Assembly (NCBI GenBank): GCA_965228735.1 | Contig: OZ245838.1 | Coordinates: 6,848,001 to 6,912,000, forward strand | Source of the DNA: Planctomycetota bacterium | GTDB lineage: Bacteria; Planctomycetota; UBA1135; UBA2386 | Reading direction: 5' to 3' | Length of the DNA stretch: 64,000 nucleotides | The notes under the pieces: model-generated | What the model saw: only the letters and a program-made list of their open reading frames with translations | The model's database searches: none | What the model was told of the DNA's origin: nothing | Shown here: positions 8,849 to 18,898 of the stretch, one piece after another | Layout of the letters: every line of letters starts with the position of its first letter | Position numbering within the stretch: position 1 is the stretch's first letter | Position numbers and translations under genes: made by a program

Positions 8849-9463
8849 CTATTGGCTCGCCCGGAGACTCTCCGGGCCGTAGCCGTCGACGAACCGCCCC
8901 GTGCCGCGGTACTTGCCCCAGAACGGGCCCCAGCCCCAGCCCCGATAGTACGGGTCGTGATCGAGCGGGTTGCGGGGTGCCCGGAAGCGCTCGAACTCGG
9001 TATCCTGGGTGGCGACGTCGATCCCGCCCGCGACGATGGAGTGGCGAATGGCGAAGTCCGGAACGTCGAGGGCGCTCGTGGCGTTGCGCGCTGCGAACCA
9101 CATGTCGACGCGCCTGGTCTCGCCTGGCGGCACGACCGTCGAGCCCTCGCTCCGCGCGAGCTCGAGCGCGTCGGACGTCGAACGAACGTCGCCGAGCTCG
9201 ACCGCGGTCGCGCCGGTGTTCTGCAACTCGAAGCCGACGTGTACCTCGACCCGGTAGTCCTCGGAGCCGCCCACCGTACGTTCGCCGTTGGCGCCGTCCG
9301 ACCAGACCCAGACCCTGCCCGCGACGTCGCTCGCACCGAACGGATACACCGACGCGGGCACACCGCCCGGCCCGGTGGCGTTCCTCGGCTCGCTCGGCAC
9401 GAAGTAGCGGACATCCACGCAACCGTTGAGTGACAGCAGGAGCGCCAGTGCCAGGATTCGCAT
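8849..9463 (-). CDS. Hypothetical lipoprotein
   Basis: MRILALALLLSLNG-C lipobox; G/W/Y-rich tail. Confidence 0.65.
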   Translation of the reverse strand: MRILALALLLSLNGCVDVRYFVPSEPRNATGPGGVPASVYPFGASDVAGRVWVWSDGANGERTVGGSEDYRVEVHVGFELQNTGATAVELGDVRSTSDALELARSEGSTVVPPGETRRVDMWFAARNATSALDVPDFAIRHSIVAGGIDVATQDTEFERFRAPRNPLDHDPYYRGWGWGPFWGKYRGTGRFVDGYGPESLRASQ

Positions 9464-9656
9464 GCCCCATGATTGGTGCACGATTACGCGCCAGGCAAGC
9501 CCCCCGGCCCCGGAACCGCGCGCCGGCCGACCGGCACGTGCCTTCGGCAGCCGGAGTTACGGACCACGACCGGCGTCGCGCTGTCGGCGGTTCGGCACGC
9601 CAGCAGCATCCGGCGCGATGCTGGTGGCCGCGCTCTGGTCTAGTGTTACCCCAGAC

Positions 9657-10808
9657 ATGCTCAACGGATTCCGTGCACCCACAGCGACCTCGATCTCGGC
9701 GGGATGTTCACTGCAGGCGGCCGACGTTCTGCTCGCGCACGGGATCAAGCGCGTTCTCGTCGTCACGGACCAAGGGGTGCGCGCGACCGGTGCCTTCGCC
9801 GGCTTCGCCAAAGGCCTCGGTTCGAGCTCGCTCGAGGTCGTGATCGACGATGGTGTCGAGAGCAATCCGCGCATCGCAACGGCGCAGCGGTTGGGCGAAC
9901 GCGCCCGCGAAGGCGGATTCGAGGGCATCGTCGGGATCGGTGGTGGCAGTGTGCTGGACGCAGCGAAGGCCGGCGCGATGCTCGCGACGAACCCTGGGCC
10001 CGCCGCAGCGTTCGTCGGCAAGAACCTCTTCACCAAACCTCCTCTGCCTTTCATCGCTCTCCCGACAACCTGCGGCACCGGCAGTGAGGTCACCTGGGTC
10101 AGCGTCCTCAGCGACCCTGATCGCGAAGTCAAGGTCAGCATCAAGGGCGACGGCATGTTCCCGAACGCCGCCCTCGTCGACCCCGACCTGCTGGCCGAGC
10201 TCCCGGCGCACTTGATCGCGACCACCGGCCTCGACGCCCTGACCCACGCGATCGAGGCCGTCACGGTGTCTTGTCGCAACCCCGTTTCCGATGCGCTCGG
10301 TACGGCCGCAATCGGCCTGCTCCTCGACTGGCTGCCCCGCGCTGTTCAAGAGCGCGAGGCGAGCGCCCTCTTCCAGGTGGCGCGCGCCTCGACCCTTGCC
10401 GGCATGGCGTTCGGCAACTCGGACGTCGGAGCCGTGCACTGCCTCTCCGAGAGCATCGGCGGACTGCACGACCTGCCGCACGGCCTCCTCAACGCGGCGC
10501 TCCTGATCCCGGTCTTCGAGGCCCATGGCGAAGCCGTCGTCGAGCCTCTGGCCGCGGTCCAGCGCGTGCTCGAGCCAGGCAACGAGGCAGCGCCACATGA
10601 GCTTGCCGCCCGGTTGCTGGGCACGATCCGCGACCTGGCTCGGACCATCGGCATCCCGCGATTCTCGCAACTCGCGGTGCCCCGGGCCGACTACGACCGA
10701 CTCGCCGAGCTCGCCGTGCAGAACGGGTCGAACGACTCCAACCCGCGCCCGATGCGCGCCGCGGAGTACCGCCGGATCCTGGATCGTGCGGGCGCGGCCC
10801 CTGCTTGA
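9657..10808 (+). CDS. Iron-containing alcohol dehydrogenase
   Basis: 'GGGSVLDAAKA', 'PTTCGTGSEVT', 'DALTHAIEA', 'HCLSE...HG' Fe-ADH motifs. Confidence 0.92.
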   Translation: MLNGFRAPTATSISAGCSLQAADVLLAHGIKRVLVVTDQGVRATGAFAGFAKGLGSSSLEVVIDDGVESNPRIATAQRLGERAREGGFEGIVGIGGGSVLDAAKAGAMLATNPGPAAAFVGKNLFTKPPLPFIALPTTCGTGSEVTWVSVLSDPDREVKVSIKGDGMFPNAALVDPDLLAELPAHLIATTGLDALTHAIEAVTVSCRNPVSDALGTAAIGLLLDWLPRAVQEREASALFQVARASTLAGMAFGNSDVGAVHCLSESIGGLHDLPHGLLNAALLIPVFEAHGEAVVEPLAAVQRVLEPGNEAAPHELAARLLGTIRDLARTIGIPRFSQLAVPRADYDRLAELAVQNGSNDSNPRPMRAAEYRRILDRAGAAPA

Positions 10809-10811
10809 TGC

Positions 10812-10857
10812 GGTCGGCGAGCACGGCACGTTCGCCTGCTGCGGTTCGTCGCCGACC
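10812..10857. terminator. Hairpin between convergent genes
   Basis: GGTCGGCGA ... TCGCCGACC 9-bp arms; no U-tract. Confidence 0.3.
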
Positions 10858-10872
10858 CTCGATCGGATCTCC

Positions 10873-11634
10873 TCAGTCGGGTTCGTCGTCCCCGGACTCC
10901 CGCCGCTTTGCGAAGAACTCCTCGAACGACATCCCGGGTTTCGGCTTCTGCGCGCGCAGCGCCCGCAACGCCGCCGGGCCGCCCGCCGATTCTGCGCCCG
11001 AACCCGCCCCGGCTTTCGCGGCCGGCCACTCGTGCCAGCCGGCGAATCGCTGCGGCGAACGCCCGCCGGTCTTGACCTGATGCAGTTCGAGCGCCCCGTC
11101 GACGAGCAGCACCACTTCTCGCGTGCTGCCGCGACACACCAGGATCTCGTCGTAGAGCATCGAGCCCAGATCGGCGCGGATCCGGTCGCGCACCTCGGGG
11201 TCGGGCAGGTCGAAGTCGTCGAGATCAGGACAGGCGCCCTGCGCCCGGGCCCACGTGAGCCAAGGCGCCGTGTCGTAGAGCCCGAACGCGACCTCCGGCA
11301 TGCGAAATCGCGGCGGTACCCCGCCGCACGCAACCGCGTGGTCGGTGAACGTTGCCGGCAGCTGCACGTCGTGGCACTCGACGTAGTGCGGCAGCCCCTC
11401 GGGCCAGACCCAGCGACCGTCGGTGTAGTCGCCGGCACCAGTGTGCACGATCCCGCAGTCGAAACGACAGAACGACGGCTCCGGAAACCGTGTCAGTTCC
11501 CGTCCCGCGCGCAGGTACTCGAGCACCGCGCTGCGCGGTTCCTGATCCCAGACGCCCACCAGCGCCTGCGGCCGCGGGAGCGTCTTCGGCGCGTGCGGGT
11601 TGAACCAGTGGCCGAGCACCTCGAGTCGCTGCAT
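10873..11634 (-). CDS. Hypothetical protein with Cys/His motif
   Basis: 'YLRAG...SFCRFDCG...TDGRWVWPEGLPHYVECHDV.LP..F', a recurrent uncharacterised domain; start at 11634 chosen. Confidence 0.65.
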   Translation of the reverse strand: MQRLEVLGHWFNPHAPKTLPRPQALVGVWDQEPRSAVLEYLRAGRELTRFPEPSFCRFDCGIVHTGAGDYTDGRWVWPEGLPHYVECHDVQLPATFTDHAVACGGVPPRFRMPEVAFGLYDTAPWLTWARAQGACPDLDDFDLPDPEVRDRIRADLGSMLYDEILVCRGSTREVVLLVDGALELHQVKTGGRSPQRFAGWHEWPAAKAGAGSGAESAGGPAALRALRAQKPKPGMSFEEFFAKRRESGDDEPD

Positions 11635-11708
11635 GAACGCGTCACCGTAGCGGATGCGGGGCCCGGCGCGTTCTACGACCAACGTGATTCGGCCACGAGC
11701 TGTGACCC

Positions 11709-11852
11709 ATGACGAAGGGCGTCCGGACCGCGGTCGCGGCCTTGCAGGTCGCGGCGCGCGACGGCATCGACGGGCCGGTCGTCACGATCGGATGCGACAG
11801 TTGGGATCGCTACCGCGGGCAACCGTGGCTCGCGGGGTTGCCCGCCGAGTGA
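11709..11852 (+). pseudogene. C-terminal fragment of a cysteine-synthase-family PLP enzyme
   Basis: MTKGVRTAVAALQVAARDGIDGPVVTIGCDSWDRYRGQPWLAGLPAE*; 'AAL..A......VVTI.CDS..RY' matches the CysK/CysM C-terminus. Confidence 0.45.
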
Positions 11853-11930
11853 GACCCGGCGTGATGCAGGAGTCGAGCATGACCAGGCCAGTAGGATGCG
11901 CCTGCGCGCGGCTTGCGGCATGATGCGCCG

Positions 11931-13394
11931 ATGCGCTGCCTCGCCGTCATCGTTGCCGCCATCGTCACCGCTCTTGTCACCGCAGGCCCGATCGCCGCGC
12001 AGGAGCTGACGGACAAGCAGCTCCGCGGGCTCGAGAGGCTCGGCGAGCGTTGGGACGATGGCGACTCACCCGGGTTCTCGGTAGCGATCGCGCGCGGCGG
12101 CAAGCAGATCTACGCCGCCGGCCATGGCCGGGCGCATCTCGAGTTCGATGGGAAGATCGCGCCAGACACGATTTTCCACGTCGCTTCGGTCAGCAAGCAG
12201 TTCACCGCGTTCGCGCTCGTGCTGCTCGAGCAGGACGGGGAGCTGTCGCTCGACGACGACGTGCGGAAGCACGTGCCGTGGCTGCACGACTTCGGTGCGA
12301 CGATCACGATTCGCCACCTGCTCAACCACACGAGCGGCCTGCGCGACCAGTGGGAGCTGCTCGCGATCAGTGGCTACCGCCTCGACGACGTCCTGACCAG
12401 GGACCACATCCTGGCGATCCTGCGCGCGCAGCGCGAGCTGAACTTCGCGCCGGGATCGGAGTACATGTACTCCAACATGGGCTACACGCTCGCCGCGTAC
12501 GTCGTCGAAACGGTCGCGAAGAAGCCGTTCCACGCGTTCTGCAAGGAGCGCATCTTCGAGCCGCTCGGCATGACGCGAACGCACTTCCACCACGACCACC
12601 GGCAGGTCGTTCCGGGGCGCGCCTACAGCTACGCGCTGACGCGTGGCCGCTGGCACAAGGGTGTGTTGAGCTACGCGAACTGCGGCGCCACGAGCCTGTT
12701 CACGACGGCGACTGATCTGACGCGATGGCTGCACAATCTGGGCGCGGGTGAAGTGGGCGGCAAGGACGCGGTGATGGCGATGCGCACCCGCGGCCGGCTC
12801 ACGAGCGGTCGGGAGATCCGCTACGCGCTCGGCTTGCAGGTCGGGGAGAGCCGCGGTCACACCATGCTGCAACATGGCGGCGCCGATGCCGGTTTTCGAT
12901 CCCACGTCATCTACCTGCCGGACGTCGACCTCGGCGTCGCGGTGCTTTCGAACGCGGCGAATGGCAACCCGAGCCTGATCGCGAACGGGATCGTTCAGCT
13001 GCTCGTCAAACGGCGGAGGGTGGCCAAGAAGCCGGAGCAGCCGGAACGGTCCGCGCCGGGGGCCAACGCGGACGGGCCCGACACGGACGAGGCCGACGCG
13101 GAAGGGCCCGGCGCGGCGCCCGAGGTCGAGCCGATCCCGCTGGCAGAGATGGCCGGGCGCTACTTCTGTCCCGAGCTCGAGGTGTTCTACGAAATCGTCG
13201 TCGACGGCGACGACGTCAAAGCGGTGCACCGCCGGCACGGCGACTTCGATCTGCAGCGCCGTGGGCCCGACACGCTGACGGGGCGCCCGTTCTTCTTCCG
13301 GAAGGCTTCGTTCGCCCGCGAAGACGGCCGGGTCACGGGCTTTTCGTTGACCGGCAGTCGCGTGCGCAACCTGCGCTTCGTGCGCGTCGAGTGA
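11931..13394 (+). CDS. Serine hydrolase, beta-lactamase class C / AmpC-like family
   Basis: Signal peptide; SVSK (SxxK), 'LLNHTSG', YSN, HGG. Confidence 0.9.
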   Translation: MRCLAVIVAAIVTALVTAGPIAAQELTDKQLRGLERLGERWDDGDSPGFSVAIARGGKQIYAAGHGRAHLEFDGKIAPDTIFHVASVSKQFTAFALVLLEQDGELSLDDDVRKHVPWLHDFGATITIRHLLNHTSGLRDQWELLAISGYRLDDVLTRDHILAILRAQRELNFAPGSEYMYSNMGYTLAAYVVETVAKKPFHAFCKERIFEPLGMTRTHFHHDHRQVVPGRAYSYALTRGRWHKGVLSYANCGATSLFTTATDLTRWLHNLGAGEVGGKDAVMAMRTRGRLTSGREIRYALGLQVGESRGHTMLQHGGADAGFRSHVIYLPDVDLGVAVLSNAANGNPSLIANGIVQLLVKRRRVAKKPEQPERSAPGANADGPDTDEADAEGPGAAPEVEPIPLAEMAGRYFCPELEVFYEIVVDGDDVKAVHRRHGDFDLQRRGPDTLTGRPFFFRKASFAREDGRVTGFSLTGSRVRNLRFVRVE

Positions 13395-13464
13395 GGCCCG
13401 GGGGGCCCGCGTCGATCGTGACCCGTCACCCAGGAACCGTCTCTCGGGGGCAGGTTGAGCAGCG

Positions 13465-15165
13465 CTACTGCACCACGGTACGGATCACGTTCGTAGTGGC
13501 CAACGTCTGAGCTGCGTTGGAGGGGATGATGAACCCGAGTCCTTGGACGATGAACGTGAGTGTCGTGTTTTGCGGTATTCTCAGGGTGAGAGACGCTGTT
13601 CCGGACGCGTCGGGGATCAGGCCGGGCGACAGGGCGACGGCGTTCTGGTCGATTGCAATGAAGCCGACGGAGGGGAGGTGGCCCCACGCCTGCTGGGGAG
13701 GCACGGACAAGTGTAGGACCATGTAGCTGCTTCGGACGGTGTTGTCGTAGAACCCGACATCGAAGCCGAACGTGAGCTCGTAGTCGACAAAGCCGGAAGT
13801 CGTGTTGATCAGCCGCGGGGCGTCGATCTGGCTCAACGCATTCGGATGAAAGCGCAGCGATGATTCGGTAGGTACCGCCGTGAACAGGTCGGGGTCGCCG
13901 TCGAGGTCCACATCGGCGAGCGCTACCCCTTGGGTATTCAGCTGCAATTGCGAGTCTGACTGGATGCGGCCTGGCGCGTCCACGAACCCCGGACCAGTCA
14001 TGGGGGAGTTGTCGAACAGATAGAGCCGCGTTCCGCCGTGGGTCGATCCGAACGTCTCGTTCACCGTCACGACATCGAGGTCGCCGTCACCGTCGACGTC
14101 GCCCACGGCAAGGTCGTTCGAGGCATCGCCCGAGGAAGGCAGCGGTTGGGGCGCGGCGAAGACCCCGGTCCCGTCGTTGAGGAACAGTTGTTCGGAGCCG
14201 TTGATCCAGAAGCCGGCAACGAGCTCCGGTTTGTTCGCCGTGATCAGATCGAGGTCGCCGTCGTTGTCGACGTCGGCGAGCTCGGCGCCGCTGCTTCGCC
14301 TCGACGGCAAGCCGCTCAGGCCCGCGGTGGCGGTGCTGTCGGTGAAGGCGCCGGAGCCGTTGCCGGTGATCAGAACATGCGTGCCCGCGCCACCAGTGGC
14401 CGAGCGCAGGCCTGCGAACAGATCAGGATCACCGTCGCCGTCGATATCGCCGGTTGCCAGCGCTTCGATATGGATGTTGCCCGTCACGGCGGGAATGCCC
14501 GTCGCGACCTCCGTGAAGGTCGGCGGCATCGTGCCGCTGTTTTCGAGGTAGAACAGGCCGGAGGTAAAGCCTGGCCTCGGTGCCGCGCCGGCGAAAATGT
14601 CCAGGTGTCCGTCGCCATTCCAGTCGACCAAAGCGACGCATCGGACGTTTGCGAAGTTGGGCACTTCCAGCAGGGCCAACTGGCTGCGGTCGTCGAAGGT
14701 CGACGTCGACGACAGAGCGTTCTCGAAGTAGAGCACCGCGCCGGGGCCGGAGCCCTGGGTGACCGCGAGCACGATGTCGAGTTGCCCGTCGCCGTTCATG
14801 TCGCCGACGGCTCCGTCCGTGGCGCCATTGGCAGGCCGTGTAACGAAGCTCGTCCGGTCGAAGAACTCGCCCTGCGGGTCAGCGAATCCGGTCGATTGAC
14901 CGCCGTTCTCGTAGTACGAGTCCTGGCCCGAGCTCACGACGTACGCGTCGACATCGCCATCGCCGTCGAAGTCGGCCAGCAGCACGTCCTGGGCCGCCAG
15001 AGTAGGCGAGTTGGGGAGCTTCGCGTTGAACCCCAACACCGGCGGCGCCGTGCCCGTCTCGGCAGCGTGCAACGTGAATTGTGTTGTGAATGACTGCGCA
15101 AGTGCGGGGGACGCGAGTGCGAGGGCGACTGCCACAGTCAACGTGCGATGAGTCGATGCGTTCAT
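13465..15165 (-). CDS. Secreted FG-GAP/VCBS repeat beta-propeller protein with conserved C-terminal domain
   Basis: Signal peptide ALA|Q; about 7 'D.DGDGD.D' repeats. Confidence 0.88.
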   Translation of the reverse strand: MNASTHRTLTVAVALALASPALAQSFTTQFTLHAAETGTAPPVLGFNAKLPNSPTLAAQDVLLADFDGDGDVDAYVVSSGQDSYYENGGQSTGFADPQGEFFDRTSFVTRPANGATDGAVGDMNGDGQLDIVLAVTQGSGPGAVLYFENALSSTSTFDDRSQLALLEVPNFANVRCVALVDWNGDGHLDIFAGAAPRPGFTSGLFYLENSGTMPPTFTEVATGIPAVTGNIHIEALATGDIDGDGDPDLFAGLRSATGGAGTHVLITGNGSGAFTDSTATAGLSGLPSRRSSGAELADVDNDGDLDLITANKPELVAGFWINGSEQLFLNDGTGVFAAPQPLPSSGDASNDLAVGDVDGDGDLDVVTVNETFGSTHGGTRLYLFDNSPMTGPGFVDAPGRIQSDSQLQLNTQGVALADVDLDGDPDLFTAVPTESSLRFHPNALSQIDAPRLINTTSGFVDYELTFGFDVGFYDNTVRSSYMVLHLSVPPQQAWGHLPSVGFIAIDQNAVALSPGLIPDASGTASLTLRIPQNTTLTFIVQGLGFIIPSNAAQTLATTNVIRTVVQ

Positions 15166-15273
15166 CCGTCAGTCTCTTGGTTGTGAACTTCGGTGGTCTG
15201 GAGCAGCCTCTGTTGAGCGGCGCGCGTTGCGTGTTGCGCTGATTCTGCAGAAACTGAGTCACCCTCGACCGGG

Positions 15274-15303
15274 TTGACACTCGCGTGCTCGGGGCACTAG
15301 CGT
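15274..15303 (+). promoter_or_regulatory. Putative sigma70-type promoter for the ECF-kinase operon
   Basis: TTGACA (15274-15279), 18-nt spacer, TAGCGT (15298-15303); 10 nt upstream of the ATG. Confidence 0.35.
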
Positions 15304-15313
15304 TGAGAAGCGA

Positions 15314-15913
15314 ATGGGTGGTCAACGCGGCGAGCGCCACACCGCCGATATCCTGCGGCGGGCGCAAGGCGGCAACCCCGACGCCTGGGCCGAGTTGGTT
15401 CGGCGTTGCGAGAATCGGTTGCGCGTTCTGGTGAGCTTCCGATTACGGGCGGCCGGTCCGGCCAATGCGGACGACGTGCTACAAGACACCTGGTCCGTCG
15501 CGCTGCAGAGGTTCTCGGCGTTCGAGTATCGCGGCGAAGGCTCGTTCTTGCGGTGGATGTCGGGAATCCTGCGCATGAAGATCCTGGAGGCGGCGCGGAC
15601 CACGCACCATTTGCGAGGAGGCGTCGACCTGGGCGCGGTTGCCGTGGGGGCCAATCCGCCGGGGTTGCTGCGCGCGCTGATCGAGTCGCAGACGCCCTCG
15701 CGCGAAGCCTCGTGCAACGAGCAGGTTGCGCGGGTCCGGCAGGTATTGGCCGCGCTGCCGGAGCCCGATCGAGAGGTCCTTCTGATGCGTCACTATGAGG
15801 GGCTGACGCTCCGCGAGGTCGGCGCTCAACTCGGTGTTGACGCTTCTACCGTACTACTGCGCGAGCGACGGGCGATCGACCGCTGCGCCCGGGAGTTGAG
15901 GGAGACCCAGTGA
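15314..15913 (+). CDS. ECF RNA polymerase sigma factor
   Basis: 'ADDVLQDTW...FEYRGEGSFLRWM' region 2; 'LAALPEPDREVLLMRHYEGLT' region 4. Confidence 0.9.
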   Translation: MGGQRGERHTADILRRAQGGNPDAWAELVRRCENRLRVLVSFRLRAAGPANADDVLQDTWSVALQRFSAFEYRGEGSFLRWMSGILRMKILEAARTTHHLRGGVDLGAVAVGANPPGLLRALIESQTPSREASCNEQVARVRQVLAALPEPDREVLLMRHYEGLTLREVGAQLGVDASTVLLRERRAIDRCARELRETQ

Positions 15914-18714
15914 GGAGGCCCGTGAGAGACGCGGTGGACGGGAGCGACTCGAGCCACCCGAGTGATCACGACCGTGTGCTCGCGTTCCTGACCTTCCGTG
16001 AGGATGCGGAGTCGGATGATCGATCCGTACCACGGTCGGGCGATCGGGTCGCCGGCTACACGCTCGGTGCGGAGATCGGGCGAGGCGGTGTTGGTGTCGT
16101 GTTCCGCGCCCGTGACGAAGCGCTTGGCCGCGACGTCGCGCTCAAGTTGATACCAGCGGCCCTCTCTGATGTCGGTCGCCAGCGCGCCGAGTCGGAAGGG
16201 CGCCTGCTCGCCGCAGTCCGTCATGATTCCATCGTGCCGGTGTACGCGACGGGTTTCGTGCGGGGGTTCTATTGGGTGGCGATGGAGTTGGTCGATGGCG
16301 AGTCGCTGATGCGTTGTCTCGCCGGCGAGCCGGCCCGCGGATTGCGCCCGGGCGAGCCCGATTGGCTCGGGTGGTTGTTGCCGTACCTTCGACAGATCGC
16401 CGCCGCACTCGGAAGTTGCCACGCCCGCGGCATCCTGCATCGAGACATCAAACCGAGCAACGTCCTCATTGGGTCGAACGGCCAGGCCTATCTCGTCGAC
16501 TTCGGGCTCGCGCGGGTACTCGATGTCAACGCGACGGCCACCGTGGGATTCGTTGGCACGCCCTGCTACGCATCGCCCGAGCAAGTCCGCGGCGAGCCAC
16601 TCACTGCGGCCAGCGACGTCTTCTCGTTCGGTGCGATGATGTTCGAAGCGATCACTGGCGTGCTCGCATTCTCGCAGCACGACCGCGGAGCACTGGACGA
16701 TTCCATTCGGTTCGACGACCCGGTCTGGCCGCGGCGCGTTCGAGCCTCTGCGGAGCTTCGAGCGATCGTCGAGAGATGCCTCGAGAAGGACCCTGGGGAC
16801 CGTTACCCATCGGGCAGCGAACTCGCTGCAGACTTGGCGCGGTTCTTGCACTTCGAGCCCGTTCGAGCGATCAAGAGAGGCCGGCTGAGTCGCTTCTGGC
16901 AGAGGGTGCGGCGGCGGCCAGGGCCCTTCGCCGTGCGGGCCGGCGGCGTCTTGCTGGGCTCGGCGGTCGTCGCGCTGTGGTTTCACAACGCGACACAGGC
17001 ATCGTCGCTGCAGCGCGTCGGGGCCGAGGCGCAGTTCGCGCGCGCGGTCGAGGCCTACGAGATCGGCGATCTGGACGCTGCCGGCCGGATGTTCGCGAAT
17101 CTCGCCGGGTCTGACTACCGGGCTGCAGAGGCGATCGACTATCGCGGCGAGTTGGCTCTCCGGCGGGGCGAACTTGGCGAAGCGCGCCGAATGTACCGAG
17201 CGTCAACTGTCGATGACCGGCAGCTGACGACCCGTGTCGGCCGGCTGTTGTCGGCTGTGGTCCCAACGGATTCGGCGTTGCAAGGCGGGGCGACTACACC
17301 TCGAGAGCACGCGATGCTCGGCCGGTATCGGTTCGAACGCCGCGACTTCGCTGCGGCCAAGGTTCACCTGGACCTGGCTCTCGCCAAACGCAACGTATGG
17401 CCGTGGCTCGTAGATCGCGCTCGGTGTCATTTGGCGCTGTATGAGTTGCGCGCTGGCGGTCGTGATGCCCTCGCTGCCTGCTCGTTGTGGCCTGATAGTC
17501 TCCGTGATGCCACGTTGTTGGAGACACTGTGTTTTTGCTTGCGCAACACGGGCAAGGCGGCCGAGGCTGTTCGAGTAATCCGGGAAGGGCGCGTGCGAGG
17601 CATCGACTCGGATGTTCATCGCGCGCACCTTGCTCTGTGCCTGCTGGCCGTGGATAGGCGCTCGGTAGAGGCGAGAGAAGAGATCGCGAAGGCGTGTTCG
17701 GCATCGAGCCTCAGCGAGTGCGCAGACCTCGTCGCCTTCGCCGTCGCGATGTGTTACGGGGCCGAGCCCGGAGCACCGCAACTCGCGTTCATCGATCGGG
17801 TGCTGGCTGAGCGCCCAGAATCCCCGGGGGCCTGGGCCGCCAAGACACTCGCGGCTTCGCGCCGATCGGATTGGTCCGCTGCTGTGGATGCCGCCCAGAA
17901 GGGACTGGGTCATGCAATGGTCGGCTCATGGGCACTTTCCTTGCGCCGGCATCTTGCGATTGCGTGGTTCGAGCAGCAGCGCTTTGCGGAGGCCGCGGTG
18001 GAGCTGGAAGCCATCGAAGAACTCGTTCCCGGAGACGCGGCGATCTCTAGTTTGCTTGGCCGGGCTCTTCTGCAGTTGGGACGACTCGAGGCCGCGTTCG
18101 CTGCAAGCGAGCGGGCGATGAACGCCGACCAAACGTCGTACGAAGCGCTCGTACTGCGTGGCCAGTTACATGCGCACCGGGGTGAGTTCGAGTCGTCCAT
18201 TCCCTATTTCATGCGTGCGTGTGGCGTGCGGCCAGATCGAGCGGACGCGTGGTACAAGCTGGCGAACGCGCAGGTTGATCTAGGCCAGAACGGCGCCGCG
18301 TGGCTCAGCGCCCGCGAGGCGACCCGCCTGAGCCCGGTGTGGGGTTGGGCCTGGGTCACGCGCGCTCTCGTAGAATCGCGGCTCGGCAAGTCGTCGGACT
18401 CGGTTGATAGCTACCGGCGCGCGGTGGCCATCGTCAAGGAGCCTCGCGTTCGGCTTGATCTCGCAGAGGAGCTCCGAAAGCTCGGGCGTATGACGGAGGC
18501 ACTGATTGAGGTCGAGAACGCCCTCCGTCTCGCTCCCGAATCGCCGTACGTCCTCGCAAGTCTCGGTGAACTTCTCTCGACTGCGGATGATTCGTCGGGC
18601 CGTGATCTCGAGCGTGCGGAGCGAGTGTTGCGCCACGCCTGTCGGTTGGCCGATGTCGAGTTCCGCCCGACGTGCGAGCGACTGCTGCGAGCCGCGATCA
18701 CGGCTCGGCGGTAG
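15910..18714 (+). CDS. Ser/Thr protein kinase with TM segment and TPR repeats
   Basis: GRGGVG, VALK, HRDIKPSN, DFGLA, YASPEQ; TM then TPRs; GTGA overlap with ECF stop. Confidence 0.92.
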   Translation: MRRPVRDAVDGSDSSHPSDHDRVLAFLTFREDAESDDRSVPRSGDRVAGYTLGAEIGRGGVGVVFRARDEALGRDVALKLIPAALSDVGRQRAESEGRLLAAVRHDSIVPVYATGFVRGFYWVAMELVDGESLMRCLAGEPARGLRPGEPDWLGWLLPYLRQIAAALGSCHARGILHRDIKPSNVLIGSNGQAYLVDFGLARVLDVNATATVGFVGTPCYASPEQVRGEPLTAASDVFSFGAMMFEAITGVLAFSQHDRGALDDSIRFDDPVWPRRVRASAELRAIVERCLEKDPGDRYPSGSELAADLARFLHFEPVRAIKRGRLSRFWQRVRRRPGPFAVRAGGVLLGSAVVALWFHNATQASSLQRVGAEAQFARAVEAYEIGDLDAAGRMFANLAGSDYRAAEAIDYRGELALRRGELGEARRMYRASTVDDRQLTTRVGRLLSAVVPTDSALQGGATTPREHAMLGRYRFERRDFAAAKVHLDLALAKRNVWPWLVDRARCHLALYELRAGGRDALAACSLWPDSLRDATLLETLCFCLRNTGKAAEAVRVIREGRVRGIDSDVHRAHLALCLLAVDRRSVEAREEIAKACSASSLSECADLVAFAVAMCYGAEPGAPQLAFIDRVLAERPESPGAWAAKTLAASRRSDWSAAVDAAQKGLGHAMVGSWALSLRRHLAIAWFEQQRFAEAAVELEAIEELVPGDAAISSLLGRALLQLGRLEAAFAASERAMNADQTSYEALVLRGQLHAHRGEFESSIPYFMRACGVRPDRADAWYKLANAQVDLGQNGAAWLSAREATRLSPVWGWAWVTRALVESRLGKSSDSVDSYRRAVAIVKEPRVRLDLAEELRKLGRMTEALIEVENALRLAPESPYVLASLGELLSTADDSSGRDLERAERVLRHACRLADVEFRPTCERLLRAAITARR

Positions 18715-18898
18715 CGCGCTGACCTCAACGCCGCCTCGAAGCCTCTCGGTGGACCCGCTGAGCAGACTGACCGAGCCCGCTTCGCGGGCGGCCGCCGCAA
18801 CTGCTCAACCGCAACGGCACCCGGTCAGAACGCGCCCTCGTCTTGGTGCGGTGGCGCGCGCCAGACCTGCGGCCGCTAGGCTGTTGGTGGAACTCGCC

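Noticed and set aside
5180..9433. 1417-aa alternative-frame ORF and other long overlapping ORFs (e.g. 4839-7118, 7176-9470, 32657-35500, 52357-55581)
   Set aside because: Arg/Ala/Pro-rich shadow or antisense frames of clear genes; expected in high-GC DNA
11931..13394. Antibiotic-resistance beta-lactamase (also 41050-42732)
   Set aside because: SxxK/YxN/HxG serine hydrolases of this type are mostly peptidases or esterases; activity cannot be inferred
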